This document shows, piece by piece, positions 35,734 through 46,778 of a stretch of 64,000 nucleotides of DNA (its first letter is position 1; each line of letters opens with the position of its first letter). The stretch is from IMG/VR virus record IMGVR_UViG_3300049460_000121, positions 75,468 to 139,467 of that record; one strand, 5' to 3'. Both the position numbers and the translations under genes were made by a program. The notes under the pieces were generated by a model. The model saw only the letters and a list, made by a program, of their open reading frames with translations. It was not told the DNA's origin and did not search any database. Source of the stretch: a virus. Its lineage: Duplodnaviria > Heunggongvirae > Uroviricota > Caudoviricetes.

Positions 35734-37893
35734 TTAACGTTTCAGGAACATGTTGTTCTTGAACCCACCAAACAGTTGGTCGCGATGTTTGGACTTCGCA
35801 GCCGCTTGCTTGTTGAACCGTGCTGTATCCGAGTGCTTGTCGATCGACACACCAGAATCCACCACTTCGACCGACTTCAGTTCCGACTTCATGACCTTGA
35901 GCTTGGTCTCCAAGTACTTACGTTCCATGTGGGACTTGGACTTCTCAACCCGCTCTTCCATATCCTGGATATCGTTGAGCAGACGCTCTTCCTTCATGAT
36001 GCGTTTGGTTTCTTGAGGCGATTCAACCGCCGCAGTCCGCAGACGACACAAGATGGAGCGGGTATTGATGCCGTAGTGATCCAGGTTACGAGCCGACCGC
36101 AGGAACCAGTGAGTCATGAGCCATGAGATTACATGGTCATCGTGTCCGCTGGAGGCGTGGTCGATGCGGCCCCGACGCTCTACCAGAGTCGAGAGTTCCT
36201 CAATCAACGAGGCGTCCCGAATCAGGGTGGCGGTAGTTTCAGTCGCCACTGGCATGATGTCGATGTACAGCGCTTCACGCAATGGCCCGGAAGTTGGGAA
36301 ACCAAAATCCGAACGGTACGGGAAGAACTTACGCTCCGTTGGGATGCCATGCGAGTACTCGCGATAATCGCGCTTAGCTGCGTCAGACAGCTCTGCGCGG
36401 TCGACAACCCGAGAGTAGATGCGACGGCCAGGGTCAACGCCATGTACCGGCAGATCGATCAGCAGGAAGTCCAGGATGGTGATCCAAGTAGACTTCGCTT
36501 CAGGGATGACCGTCATCTCTGTGAACTCCTGGATAAACTTGGAGAACCACATCGAGAATCGGATCAAGTTGGACTCAGACACCGAGAAGGCCAACAGCAC
36601 TTCACCCGTTTCGATATCCACCATGATACCGGACATGCTGTCTCGTCCGACGGCGTTGGAGGTATCGAGACCCAGTACAGACTTACGGCGTAGTGCTTCC
36701 GCTTTAGGTACATGGTAACGGATAATGTACGATTCGTTGGATTTGTCAGTAATCGGCTCTTGGTTCAAACTCTTCCGGATACGGTTGAGGACTTTCTCCT
36801 TGATCGGGTTACTGGCAGAACCGAACGTCCACTGCCCCAGGTAGTCTCGACGGATCTTGTCTCGGGACGCTGGTACAGTCGCGATCTTTTCACGCAACCA
36901 GGCATCACTGTAGCCCAACTGCAAGTGGTTGAACGAGATGTCGACGTAGGGTGCTTCCGACTTACTGTTAGCCCGGATAGTGGCCACGGCGTCTTTACGG
37001 TCAACGCAGTCGTAAAGGATCTCGCTGAAGAACATCGCAATCGACTTGATCTTCTCGAACACGTACTTACCAGAATCGGTGGACAAGTCACCGGCGGTAG
37101 TCGTGTACAAGATGCCGTGCATGGAACCGTTTGCGCGGGCTTCGTCGAAAGAGGCTGTGGTTGCAGCGATCAGGGAAGGAATCGAGATCTCTGCGTACGG
37201 AAGGAAAGGAACCTCGTCACCCGTTACCAGGGTTGGAGTTGTACCACGACCCACGCCGTTAGCTGCCTCAGGGTCACCCTGGGGAACATACGACTTGGTG
37301 CGGTTGCCACGAGACAGGGTGGTGAACTCATGTTGGTTGTCCGCGTCCTTAGGATGCAAGTACCACATCCATTTAGGCAGCAGGTCCCGCATCAACTTGT
37401 ATTCCTTGATCTCCTCTTTCCGAAGGTCGCCCTTGGTGAAGAGAATGTGCATGGAATCACGAGCTGCCACGTTGTGGAAGTAGTTCACCACAGCGCGGGT
37501 GTTCAGCGACTTACCGGTTTGACGAATTTGCTGGACGTAGGTAATGAACGAGTTCAGTACGCACCAGAACATGGCGATGTTACCGCGGTTAGCCCGCAGC
37601 GGGTGAGAACCACCACCAGATTTAGCAGGTACCCGTTGGATTTCCCGGAAGAAGTACCAAGGGTTCTCCTCACATTCCAGCATCATCATCTGGACGATGT
37701 GTTCCGGCAGGTTAGGATCGAATGGATCCCACTTCTGGAGTTCCGGTTGAATCAACGCCAGCATCATGTACCAGTGTTTGACGCCCATTGCCTTGTATTT
37801 CGCCGCCATCTTGACCCACGACTCGTTACGAGAAGAGGTGTCAACAATAGCGTTGGGATACTTGTCCCAATCCTTTTCGTACAAAATGGCCAT
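35734..37893 (-). CDS. terL: Terminase large subunit (phiKZ gp25-like)
   Basis: NPWYFFRE, Walker A IRQTGKS, GRGTT, Walker B GDE, TTTAG, nuclease GLDTS and GHDDHVISW. Confidence 0.92.
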   Translation of the reverse strand: MAILYEKDWDKYPNAIVDTSSRNESWVKMAAKYKAMGVKHWYMMLALIQPELQKWDPFDPNLPEHIVQMMMLECEENPWYFFREIQRVPAKSGGGSHPLRANRGNIAMFWCVLNSFITYVQQIRQTGKSLNTRAVVNYFHNVAARDSMHILFTKGDLRKEEIKEYKLMRDLLPKWMWYLHPKDADNQHEFTTLSRGNRTKSYVPQGDPEAANGVGRGTTPTLVTGDEVPFLPYAEISIPSLIAATTASFDEARANGSMHGILYTTTAGDLSTDSGKYVFEKIKSIAMFFSEILYDCVDRKDAVATIRANSKSEAPYVDISFNHLQLGYSDAWLREKIATVPASRDKIRRDYLGQWTFGSASNPIKEKVLNRIRKSLNQEPITDKSNESYIIRYHVPKAEALRRKSVLGLDTSNAVGRDSMSGIMVDIETGEVLLAFSVSESNLIRFSMWFSKFIQEFTEMTVIPEAKSTWITILDFLLIDLPVHGVDPGRRIYSRVVDRAELSDAAKRDYREYSHGIPTERKFFPYRSDFGFPTSGPLREALYIDIMPVATETTATLIRDASLIEELSTLVERRGRIDHASSGHDDHVISWLMTHWFLRSARNLDHYGINTRSILCRLRTAAVESPQETKRIMKEERLLNDIQDMEERVEKSKSHMERKYLETKLKVMKSELKSVEVVDSGVSIDKHSDTARFNKQAAAKSKHRDQLFGGFKNNMFLKR

Positions 37894-37933
37894 AAGTTGG
37901 TGTACGGCTGGGTGTTACCCCAGCCGTCTCCTA

Positions 37934-39649
37934 TCAGTATTTGTGAACAGTCACACCACTGACACCCAGCTGTAGATCGCCATTGATCATACGCTTGATC
38001 CACTTCAGGTAAATGGTGCCACCTTCCTGTACGTCGTTGACGAAGACAGTTTTGGTAGCCCACTGGCTGATAGGTAGCTCGAACGTGCGGGTGTTGGTTG
38101 TGATGATGACGTGCGTTGGCAGAGGTGCCGAGAGCTCGCTCGCGTTGTCGTACAGCGGGTTGATCGCCTGGTACAGCGCGGCCATCCAGTCTGCTTGAAG
38201 TACGAAGCCGTTCGCCAACTCGATGTTGGACAGACCACCGCCAGCATTGGTGACCTTGGCCATGAGGTTGTTACCGTACCAGTCTGGCTGGTTACCGGAG
38301 AACTTCATTTTCCAGTTGGTAAAGCGCTGACCGCCGTCACGCAGCAAGCTGACTTGGAACAATTGGACGTGGACGTAGTCGCCGTAGGACGGATCGATCA
38401 GCTTCATCCGCACACCGACCTTGATGGTCTGGATAGTGGTGAAGTCGATGCCGTTGAACGGAGAACTGTCCGGATGCAGGTCCACAGCGTTGCGAGGCAC
38501 CCGCACAGCCGTTTGACGGGTAGCGTCGTACAGCCAGTAGTCCAGGACATACCCGGTGACATCGCTGACCCAAGTCGGGAAGGCGTAGAGCTTCAGGCTG
38601 TAAGCTGGATCGGACTCGATACCACGGATCAAGTACGGTTCAGTCACACGACCGTTGGCAGTCTGACCTTGCAGGTACGAATATTCCTCGTTCTGCGACA
38701 GCTCGTAGGTCAGGGTCAGAGGTTGCTCGCGACCGCCCACGGTTGGAGACCAGTACTTCAGGCCATTCAACTTGAACTTACCATTCGCTTCTTCGTCCAC
38801 CACGTCCATGATGGCAGTGCTGCCATCGGTGTACGTGACTTGCCCACGCATGGCCAACGAGGCCACAGTGATGTTGACCGGCATCTCGATGACGTTCGGT
38901 TCGCTACTGGACAGACGGGAGCTGATCAGCTTGATCCCCTGCACGCGCTTCTGCGCTTCCTCTGGACGACGAGTCAGGTTGGTGTTGTGGATCAGGAGCT
39001 TGTCGTAGCCGATCGGAGTACCGTGGATGTTGTACGTCACCGCAGTGACCACTTCGCTGTCGTTGAGCTTACGGCTGGTGTAGCCCATCTTCGGCACTTT
39101 CTCAGCGACGTTGTTCAACGTGGTGGTCGCGTAGACTTCCAGCGGGATCGCGTCGTTGACGTACTCGTTGTTCACGTAGTACGCACTGATGACTTCACCA
39201 GAGACCGAGGTGTTCACACCTTTGAAGATGCGGATCTCATGCGCCTCAGAACCGCGGATGTGGAGTTGGTTATCCACTTGCAGTAGGTGTGGGAACACGC
39301 GAGTGTCCAGGTAGCAGCGCCAGGTTTCGCTAGCGTATCCGGGACCAGTGCCCAAGAAACGATCCAGCTCTTCTAGCGTAGGACCTTCGTCCTTAGGCTC
39401 CCAGATGGCCAACTCTGCGACGTAGGTGGTGTAATCCACCCGACTGACGCGGAAAAAGCCCATGGAGAAATCGTGGACGAGGTCATTTTCGTTCGGGACG
39501 TGTTTCCCCGACTCGGTCTTGACCACTTCATTGCCGCTGTCCAGCAACGAGTACTGGTACAGATCCTGAAGGTCGAACTGGAGCCGTCGACGATCTTTAT
39601 TGACGATAACGGAATCGCCGTTATCGAGGGGAATAGTAACTTCAGCCAT
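37934..39649 (-). CDS. Virion structural (baseplate) protein (phiKZ gp26-like)
   Basis: 571 aa beta-rich, Ig-like segment VTYTDGS; synteny with terL. Confidence 0.7.
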   Translation of the reverse strand: MAEVTIPLDNGDSVIVNKDRRRLQFDLQDLYQYSLLDSGNEVVKTESGKHVPNENDLVHDFSMGFFRVSRVDYTTYVAELAIWEPKDEGPTLEELDRFLGTGPGYASETWRCYLDTRVFPHLLQVDNQLHIRGSEAHEIRIFKGVNTSVSGEVISAYYVNNEYVNDAIPLEVYATTTLNNVAEKVPKMGYTSRKLNDSEVVTAVTYNIHGTPIGYDKLLIHNTNLTRRPEEAQKRVQGIKLISSRLSSSEPNVIEMPVNITVASLAMRGQVTYTDGSTAIMDVVDEEANGKFKLNGLKYWSPTVGGREQPLTLTYELSQNEEYSYLQGQTANGRVTEPYLIRGIESDPAYSLKLYAFPTWVSDVTGYVLDYWLYDATRQTAVRVPRNAVDLHPDSSPFNGIDFTTIQTIKVGVRMKLIDPSYGDYVHVQLFQVSLLRDGGQRFTNWKMKFSGNQPDWYGNNLMAKVTNAGGGLSNIELANGFVLQADWMAALYQAINPLYDNASELSAPLPTHVIITTNTRTFELPISQWATKTVFVNDVQEGGTIYLKWIKRMINGDLQLGVSGVTVHKY

Positions 39650-39688
39650 TGTCGTATCCAGGTTAGGGGAGGTTACCCTCCCCGATGG

Positions 39689-42331
39689 TTATTGACCTAC
39701 AGATTCCCAGGTCCGATGTGGATGAGGGTGGTCTTCCGCGTAATGCTCAAACCCTTCCTCAACGATGACCAAGTCACGATTGATCGACACGCGACCATCG
39801 AGCATGACTTCGATCACTCGGTCCAACAACCGATACTGGTAGATGTTGAGGGAGATCGGCTCATTCTCTGGGTGAGGATGGATGATGACGTGCTGGAGGT
39901 CTACTTCAACCTTCAGTGCCGGATCGTACTTGAGCAACCAGTCGTAACCGCGCATCCGCTCACGGAGCCAATCGAGGGTGTATTCCTCTTTGAACTCACT
40001 CATGTTGATCACGCCATCAATCATGTCGTAGATCAACTTGGTGCAGAGCGGACTGTAGACCCTATACCAAGCTGGGATCGGGTTAGGGATCTCACCAGGT
40101 TCCTGAGGGAGGGTGTAGGACAGGTAGTCCTCAATCTCTTTATCCACAGCCAACGAGGTGGCACGCCATTCGTAGGTGTCGATGTCCGTCAACCCTTTCA
40201 TTGGAATGATTGGGTTGGTGACTTGGTAAGGTGCGCCGTTCTTGATAGAGGTTGGCAATACTGCACCGTCCTCAGCCCAAGCCAGTTCACTGCGCGAATA
40301 CAGCTGACCACCGATCACCACACGGGACACTTGGTCATCGTGCAGGTTGAACCGGAAGTTCTTACTGACCTGACGATGGGCAATGAAGCCCCAGTCGTGC
40401 GCCAGTTCACGGTTGAAGTCCTTGTCGCAGAACCCACGCCCCCGCACAGTCACGTACTGGACACGATCATCCAGCAGGTACTCTTTGTTGACGATGCAGA
40501 TCTCAGGCCACGAGACGTAATAGTCGAGGTTCTCGATCAAGGTGCGTCCATTTAAGAACACGTCCACCTGACCAAATGGAATCTCAACCATGGCCTCCAG
40601 ATCAGTCTCGTCATCAGCGACGATCATGTCTTCTTTGGAGATCACGCTGAATGCCAGCGCACGGTCACGGTAGGACAGCTCAAAGTCCTTGATGTACGTT
40701 TGAGTATCGCAGCGGATCGCAGCTTTCTTCTGAGCGGTGTTGATCTTCCAACTCACGACACCGTTGACGACCTCGTAATAGTCGTCATCACCTGTCACGT
40801 CCACCCAGTCGTTGCGGGGGATGTTGTTCCAGATGGTGCAGACGTAGAAGCGGTAGTCAACTTCAGGGGAGAGTTTGTACTCCTCCACATCGTAGATCGT
40901 GTAGTCAGCGGCCGAGGCCTTACCGGTCAACGCTTCGAAGTACATCGCACTCGGGTTGTTAACGAGGTATTCCATTGAGTAATCATGCGGATACCAACCC
41001 AGCAGCAGACCAGCAGCGTTATACTCAAAGATGGTCCCCTTCTTCACGGTGTTCCACGGCAACATCAACCAACGGGCCAGGTTAGACAGCGGCACCTTCT
41101 GCGGCAGGTCTCCCACCAGGCGACTGATCGCATGGTAGCCCAACGCATCCCGTGCCAGTGGACGATCGATCTGACCGTCAAGCGCAGCGATCGCTTTGCA
41201 GTAAGCGCTGTTCTCAAGGTTAGCCGCTTGCCACACCGAGACGTGTGCGTCTTCGCCAATCATGGCGTTGATGCGTTTCTCGTACGGAAGCTTGAACAGC
41301 TCCTTAATGCGCTGAGCGTTGAACACCAACGGACGACGATAGCCGCCATGACGGATCACGACTTCCACCCGGAGGTCGTGGTAGCCCTGCCAATGCTCTT
41401 CGCCTTCAATGATGGAAGCGATGTTAGCGGTCGACAGCGAGTAGTCCCGGTGGGTTACCATCCGGACAGCGTCTTCGCGGTTCTGGTGGTAGTACAGGCC
41501 GTCATAGACGAACTCTGTGGTGTACCGCAGCAGGAAGAAGTCCACATCGTCCAGGTAGTCGATGACGGTCCCCAGTCCATCACGGGCAATCAGGTATTTC
41601 TCCTTATTGTCCAGGGTACTGATGAAGGACTTCAAGTCAGCGAGTGTGTACTCTTTGACTTCACGCACCGACAGATCGCGGACGTACTCAATGATGTCAC
41701 CCAACTTGCAGGTTACGCCGTTGATGTCCTTGACCCGCTTACCGTTGACGTACGCCATGGCGTAGCCTGGGCGAGCGGCTTTAGCCAGACGCCATTTCTG
41801 CTGGTAGGCGTAGAAGCCGTTCTGGTCTTTGAACGTGTAACCTTCGATCTCGATCCCTGCATCGATAGCCACGGCATCCGCACTGTCGAACCAGGCGTTG
41901 CTGCGCCAGCGGATATAAGGCTGACGCGTACCGAGGGTGTCGATGATAGGCATGTCGGGAATAGCGATCAACATGTTGCCATCGAAGGTGTATAGGAAGT
42001 AGCACTTGTGCGCCGGGATCCGTTTACCTGGACCCGTGTAGATATCGATCAGCAGCGACGTATTGATCGAATGCGCCCGAGCGGACACCCACTTGTTCCG
42101 GATCTCATCCATCCCCACGAGGAACGGTGGCAGATCACCGATCACGAAGACGTGGTAATAGGTGTTCACCGTTGGGAGGTTGTAGTCACGCCGACCGATA
42201 CGCACATTCGCATACGCACCCCAATGCCGTGTTACTCGCGTTGGGGCGACGATGTGTTGGCGGTCCATTCCTGGAGCACACCAGACATTGCGATTGACGT
42301 AGTCGACCAAGTAGTCAGTCGAACTGCTCAT
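39689..42331 (-). CDS. Virion structural (baseplate) protein (phiKZ gp27-like)
   Basis: 880 aa; NVWCAP, VFLNG.TLIENLDY; synteny. Confidence 0.7.
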   Translation of the reverse strand: MSSSTDYLVDYVNRNVWCAPGMDRQHIVAPTRVTRHWGAYANVRIGRRDYNLPTVNTYYHVFVIGDLPPFLVGMDEIRNKWVSARAHSINTSLLIDIYTGPGKRIPAHKCYFLYTFDGNMLIAIPDMPIIDTLGTRQPYIRWRSNAWFDSADAVAIDAGIEIEGYTFKDQNGFYAYQQKWRLAKAARPGYAMAYVNGKRVKDINGVTCKLGDIIEYVRDLSVREVKEYTLADLKSFISTLDNKEKYLIARDGLGTVIDYLDDVDFFLLRYTTEFVYDGLYYHQNREDAVRMVTHRDYSLSTANIASIIEGEEHWQGYHDLRVEVVIRHGGYRRPLVFNAQRIKELFKLPYEKRINAMIGEDAHVSVWQAANLENSAYCKAIAALDGQIDRPLARDALGYHAISRLVGDLPQKVPLSNLARWLMLPWNTVKKGTIFEYNAAGLLLGWYPHDYSMEYLVNNPSAMYFEALTGKASAADYTIYDVEEYKLSPEVDYRFYVCTIWNNIPRNDWVDVTGDDDYYEVVNGVVSWKINTAQKKAAIRCDTQTYIKDFELSYRDRALAFSVISKEDMIVADDETDLEAMVEIPFGQVDVFLNGRTLIENLDYYVSWPEICIVNKEYLLDDRVQYVTVRGRGFCDKDFNRELAHDWGFIAHRQVSKNFRFNLHDDQVSRVVIGGQLYSRSELAWAEDGAVLPTSIKNGAPYQVTNPIIPMKGLTDIDTYEWRATSLAVDKEIEDYLSYTLPQEPGEIPNPIPAWYRVYSPLCTKLIYDMIDGVINMSEFKEEYTLDWLRERMRGYDWLLKYDPALKVEVDLQHVIIHPHPENEPISLNIYQYRLLDRVIEVMLDGRVSINRDLVIVEEGFEHYAEDHPHPHRTWESVGQ

Positions 42332-42334
42332 GGA

Positions 42335-43228
42335 TTACCCCTTGATGAGGTTGTTGACGTTCTTGATGAACTCTTTGTGGTTGTCGCGACTGATCACGCG
42401 CTCAACGATTTTACCCAGACCAGTCTTGGAGTAGCCCCGATCATTCACCGCGGTATACACCATGGCAATAAAGGTAGGTGGGTATTCCAATGCAACCGCC
42501 ACCGCTTCACGATACGCCGGGCCGTAGGAAGCACCCAGAGCGATGTAAATGAAGCCAACGGTCAACTGCTCGAGACGTGGGCTGTTCATCACTTTCTTCA
42601 CCCAAGTCACGAAGTCCTGGATGTTGGTCAGAGGAGGAACTTCACCTACGACAGCGTTCAGTGTGATCGGATCCATCGCTGTCAAAGCACGAGCGGCACG
42701 GACCATAATACGGTCCTGCTCTAATGGTGTGGTGTGACTATCGACCACTTCGTGCAATTGCAAGAAGTAAATGGTCGTTAAGGCACGCAACATTGTGGTC
42801 TGACCGAAGTCTAGACCTAACCGTAAGCCCAGCGCAGACGTCACCCAACTAACGAACGATTTCAACGCGAAGTCGCCGACGTTCAGGAAGTCATGACGTG
42901 CCGGTGCGTCGCCATCAACCCAAAGCTTGGTCAGTTTGGCAGTGAGGACGGCGTGCTGGAATGCATCGATCCGCACCGCAGTACCATCGGGACGTAGCAA
43001 CGACCGACCGTCAAGTACGACGGTATTAGCGAGCGTAGGAATTTCTTTATTGGTGATGGCTTGTTGGAACGGTGGGAAATCAGTGACGCCTGGCGGTACA
43101 AGGGCGATACCTTCCACACCTGCTACCTTCACCAGTTTTTCATCGATCTCGAGTCTGCGGATGCCGGTTGCGATGTTTGTCAGAACGAACCGCGTACACG
43201 GTGTTGTTTGGTATGGGGTATCGAACAT
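42335..43228 (-). CDS. Virion structural protein (phiKZ gp28-like)
   Basis: ATG 43228 after GGAG; ALEYPPTF motif; divergent from sheath. Confidence 0.65.
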   Translation of the reverse strand: MFDTPYQTTPCTRFVLTNIATGIRRLEIDEKLVKVAGVEGIALVPPGVTDFPPFQQAITNKEIPTLANTVVLDGRSLLRPDGTAVRIDAFQHAVLTAKLTKLWVDGDAPARHDFLNVGDFALKSFVSWVTSALGLRLGLDFGQTTMLRALTTIYFLQLHEVVDSHTTPLEQDRIMVRAARALTAMDPITLNAVVGEVPPLTNIQDFVTWVKKVMNSPRLEQLTVGFIYIALGASYGPAYREAVAVALEYPPTFIAMVYTAVNDRGYSKTGLGKIVERVISRDNHKEFIKNVNNLIKG

Positions 43229-43395
43229 TGTTCGCGGTCTCCATGAAGGTTTGTAAAATATTAAAACAGCTGCTGTAGGAGCTGATTTAAAATAGTATGC
43301 GTACGCTGCGACATTTGGCGTATTCCACCAATGTGGTAGCGACCATACAATTCCTCGATTGTTCTGCGCGGAACTAAACTCCTGGGAGTATAAAC

Positions 43396-45447
43396 ATGTC
43401 TGTAAGTACTTACAGTTCTTTGCCACGGACGGTTTTCCGTGGTATCAAGGACGAATCGGCGGTCAACCTGGTTATGCCAGGCGAAAGCCTTCCGATCCGC
43501 GTGCCACTGTTTTTCACCCTGGCTGCCTGGGGCGAAACCGACAAAGCACGTTACGTGGACGGCGATGGTCAGGAATTGCTTTACGGCAAAGAGTTGACCA
43601 ACCCGCGTTCGAAATTCTTCACCCACCAGAGTCAGTTCATTCGCTCTCACTTCGCCGCTGGCGGCAAGGCGCTCTTGCAGCGTATCGTGCCTGCCGATGC
43701 GAAACGTGCGACTGCCCGCCTGTCCCTGGACATGGTTGCTGATGAGCTGCCGGTTTACGAGCGTAATGCTGACGGTACCTTCAAGCTCGACGCACAAGGC
43801 GCCAAGATCCTGGTTGTCGGCGAAACCATCGAAGGCTTCCGTCTTCAGTGGAAGATGGTCGAAATCCCAGCCAACGGCTTCGGCGTTGGTGTGGCTGGTG
43901 AAGGCGGTCTGGTTTCCGGTAAAGACGGTGCTATCTCCGTCCTGACTCCGGTCATCGACCTCAATGGTCGTCACATCGGTGAGAAAGGCAAGAACCTCGG
44001 TTTCCGCCTGAGCGCTCCGACTGTTAACACCGTTGATCCGGCTGACGCCGATCTGAGCGAAAACCTGGGCTCGTTCCTGTATCGCATCCAGATGGTTCAG
44101 CGTACCGACGCCAAGTCGACCGCTCGCCTGCAAAGCAACCTCGACGGTGGCAACTTCGTCGACTTCAGCCTGAAGAAAGGTGCCGTGGACCTGTCCACCG
44201 ACATCGAGTACTACGGTGCGAAGAACATCATCCGTTCGTACGAAACCACTGACCTGACTCAGTTCACCGGTTTCGGCAACTTCGAAAAGCTGAACATCTA
44301 CGATGAAGGCATTGCCGCCATCCTGGAACAGCTGAAAGATGCGGAAGAAGCGCACACCGGCGACGAGATCGCTGATGCGCACCTGCTCAACATCCTGACG
44401 GGTGTGGACGTCAACGGCGTTCCGTACAACACCTTCGTTGTTGAAGGTCCTCAGGCTGGTGGTCTGCTGTTCACCGAAACCTCGAACTACTTCCTGCAAG
44501 GCGGTAGCGACGGCACCATCGGTGTGGCCGAGTACAACGTCCTCGTTGACAACGTGCTGGCTGGTCTGTCCGACGCTGCGTTCCCTTACGCTGACATCGC
44601 GCGCATGCCGTACGATTCGGTTTGGGATTCGGGCTTCCCGGTTGACACCAAGTTGAAGTTCGCCAACTTCCACGCGATCCGTCCAGACGTGTTCATCCAC
44701 GCCTGCACCCAGGACGTGCTGAAGCCGCTGAACAGCGCTGCCGCGGATTCGTCCATCGGCGTGACCCTGCGTTCGCACTTCCGTGCATCGCAAGAGTCGG
44801 CTGAGTTCGGCACCAAGGCCTGCCGCTATGCGGTGGTAATGTCGGCTGGTCGTTTGATCAACGACAACTACGATGGTCTGGTTCCGTTCCTGGAATGGTT
44901 GCTGATCAAAGGCGCCGAGTACATGTCGTCCGCTGACGGCTCGATGAACTCCGACTTCGCTTTCGGGCGTGGTGAGCAGAACATCGTGACCCGTTACCGT
45001 GATCACAACGCCGGCACCAAGCTGGTTGGCTCCCGCAAGAACGATTGGGATAACGGCCTGAACTACGCTGAGTGGTTCGACATGTCTCGCCTGTTCTACG
45101 CAGGTATCCAGTCGATCTACGAAACCCACACCTCCATCCTCCACGGTTACCTGAACACTCAGATTGCTTGCAACCTGACGCGTATCGGTCACATCGTGTG
45201 GCGTGAGATGTCGGGCGACAGCCAACTGACCGACGAAGAGTTCCTGGACGCAGTTACCGCCAAGGTCAACGAGCGTACCACTGGCAAGTACGACGGCCGG
45301 GTGACCATCACTCCGAACGCCTACTACAATGCCCTGGACGAAGCGTTGGGCTTCAGCTGGCACCTGGACATCGGCATGGCTGGTGACAACATCCGCACTG
45401 TGCAGAACCTCGCGGTGATCGCACAACGTCGTCGTAACGAGGAGTAA
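43396..45447 (+). CDS. Contractile tail sheath protein (phiKZ gp29-like)
   Basis: 683 aa, high codon bias; GIKDES, LQGGSDG, WDSGFP sheath motifs; late TATG at 43296. Confidence 0.9.
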   Translation: MSVSTYSSLPRTVFRGIKDESAVNLVMPGESLPIRVPLFFTLAAWGETDKARYVDGDGQELLYGKELTNPRSKFFTHQSQFIRSHFAAGGKALLQRIVPADAKRATARLSLDMVADELPVYERNADGTFKLDAQGAKILVVGETIEGFRLQWKMVEIPANGFGVGVAGEGGLVSGKDGAISVLTPVIDLNGRHIGEKGKNLGFRLSAPTVNTVDPADADLSENLGSFLYRIQMVQRTDAKSTARLQSNLDGGNFVDFSLKKGAVDLSTDIEYYGAKNIIRSYETTDLTQFTGFGNFEKLNIYDEGIAAILEQLKDAEEAHTGDEIADAHLLNILTGVDVNGVPYNTFVVEGPQAGGLLFTETSNYFLQGGSDGTIGVAEYNVLVDNVLAGLSDAAFPYADIARMPYDSVWDSGFPVDTKLKFANFHAIRPDVFIHACTQDVLKPLNSAAADSSIGVTLRSHFRASQESAEFGTKACRYAVVMSAGRLINDNYDGLVPFLEWLLIKGAEYMSSADGSMNSDFAFGRGEQNIVTRYRDHNAGTKLVGSRKNDWDNGLNYAEWFDMSRLFYAGIQSIYETHTSILHGYLNTQIACNLTRIGHIVWREMSGDSQLTDEEFLDAVTAKVNERTTGKYDGRVTITPNAYYNALDEALGFSWHLDIGMAGDNIRTVQNLAVIAQRRRNEE

Positions 45448-45453
45448 TAGCGT

Positions 45454-46320
45454 ATGGCACGTTATAAGGAGACGTTGACCAACAAGGCCTACGCAGGAAC
45501 AGCACAGACTAATGTGCTCAACCTCGCAGTCCAAGGTCAGCAGGGCTATATCACCGATATGGCCTACTACCCTTCGGCTACGGATTACATCCGCAAGCCG
45601 TTGATCGTGAAGGTTCTTCAGGCACCGGTAGGTTTGACCTACATGCCTAACGCCGCGGCTTACATCGCAGCGTACAAGAACCTGATCGAGAACTGGATGC
45701 AGTCCTGGTCCGGTTTCAACCGCACCCTGGCCGTTTCGGTAAACGAAACCCAGATCGGTAACTCGGGTGAGTCCTTCCAGACTCCATCCCGTGTGGCTCG
45801 TGCTCGTTCGCAGATCACCTCGACCATCGTCGAGAAAGATCGTCGTCCAGTGATTCGCTTCCTGGAAGACTACACCCGCTACCTGATCATGGATCCGGAT
45901 GTGGGCCATGCGCTCCTGAGCGGCGTGAGCGACAAGTTCACCGATCAACTCGCCGACATCTACGGCGGTACCATCATCGCGTTCGAACCAGACAAGACTT
46001 TCCGCTACGTGGAAAACGCCTTCCTGGTCACCAACTTCTTCCCGTACAACGACATCGGTGAGAACATTGGTAGCCGTCAGTTGCAACAAGACGGTGAGAT
46101 CGCGACGTACAACCTGTCGTGGACTGGCTTCCAGAAAGTTGGTTACGCCGTGGACAAGTTGGCGCAAGCCTTCATGGACGCTCAGCGTGTTACTGGTATC
46201 GATCCTTCGTACCAGCCAACATTCGTCCAAGGTGTCGACAGCAACGTCGGCGCAGTGAAAACTGGTTACAGCGAACAAATCAACTTGCTGAAAAGCTCGC
46301 TGGTTTCGCCGGGTCAGTAA
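45454..46320 (+). CDS. Tail tube protein (phiKZ gp30-like)
   Basis: 288 aa directly after sheath; FEPD..ENAFLVTNFFP. Confidence 0.8.
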   Translation: MARYKETLTNKAYAGTAQTNVLNLAVQGQQGYITDMAYYPSATDYIRKPLIVKVLQAPVGLTYMPNAAAYIAAYKNLIENWMQSWSGFNRTLAVSVNETQIGNSGESFQTPSRVARARSQITSTIVEKDRRPVIRFLEDYTRYLIMDPDVGHALLSGVSDKFTDQLADIYGGTIIAFEPDKTFRYVENAFLVTNFFPYNDIGENIGSRQLQQDGEIATYNLSWTGFQKVGYAVDKLAQAFMDAQRVTGIDPSYQPTFVQGVDSNVGAVKTGYSEQINLLKSSLVSPGQ

Positions 46321-46393
46321 GTAAGGCCGGGACCTTTGGGGTAGCTAGGGCTACCCCTTTGGTTTTATAGGGAAGTCGCCTGAGTTTGCCAAC

Positions 46394-46711
46394 ATGACAG
46401 CATGCGAGCAGTTACATGCAGCGTTACGAGATCTGGAAGCAGACCTCAAGAATTATAAAGTGTATGGCAGTGCACTGGTCACATTGAGCGAAGATAGCTC
46501 ATCTCCTGAGCTACGGGAAATCTATCGCGCGGTGATTGGTCTCAAATGCCGTATACCGGTGTACACGAATGATTTCGATCAGTACAAGATCCCAGAAACG
46601 GGACACGCTGTGTTCGTAATCAAATTGACAGGGATGGTCTACATTCAGACCGTTGTCGGGAAATTGGTGTTGCCGTATGGATCAGGAGTGCTCATCAAGG
46701 GTAAGTTCTGA
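46394..46711 (+). CDS. Hypothetical protein (105 aa)
   Basis: ORF filling the gap before a terminator. Confidence 0.55.
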   Translation: MTACEQLHAALRDLEADLKNYKVYGSALVTLSEDSSSPELREIYRAVIGLKCRIPVYTNDFDQYKIPETGHAVFVIKLTGMVYIQTVVGKLVLPYGSGVLIKGKF

Positions 46712-46778
46712 AAAGAAACAAAAAAAGAACACATGCATACAGCCAGGGGATTTCTCCCCTGGCTGTATGCTCTATGCT
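46711..46778. terminator. Bidirectional terminator
   Basis: GCATACAGCCAGGGGA-TTTC-TCCCCTGGCTGTATGC with A-tract. Confidence 0.85.

Noticed and set aside
43261-46278. Very long antisense ORFs (1005 aa here; also 16808-18877, 57888-60383, 52749-54155, 677-2050 and others)
   Set aside because: They mirror highly biased genes codon for codon; rarity of TTA/CTA/TCA on the coding strand removes antisense stops; no recognisable motifs
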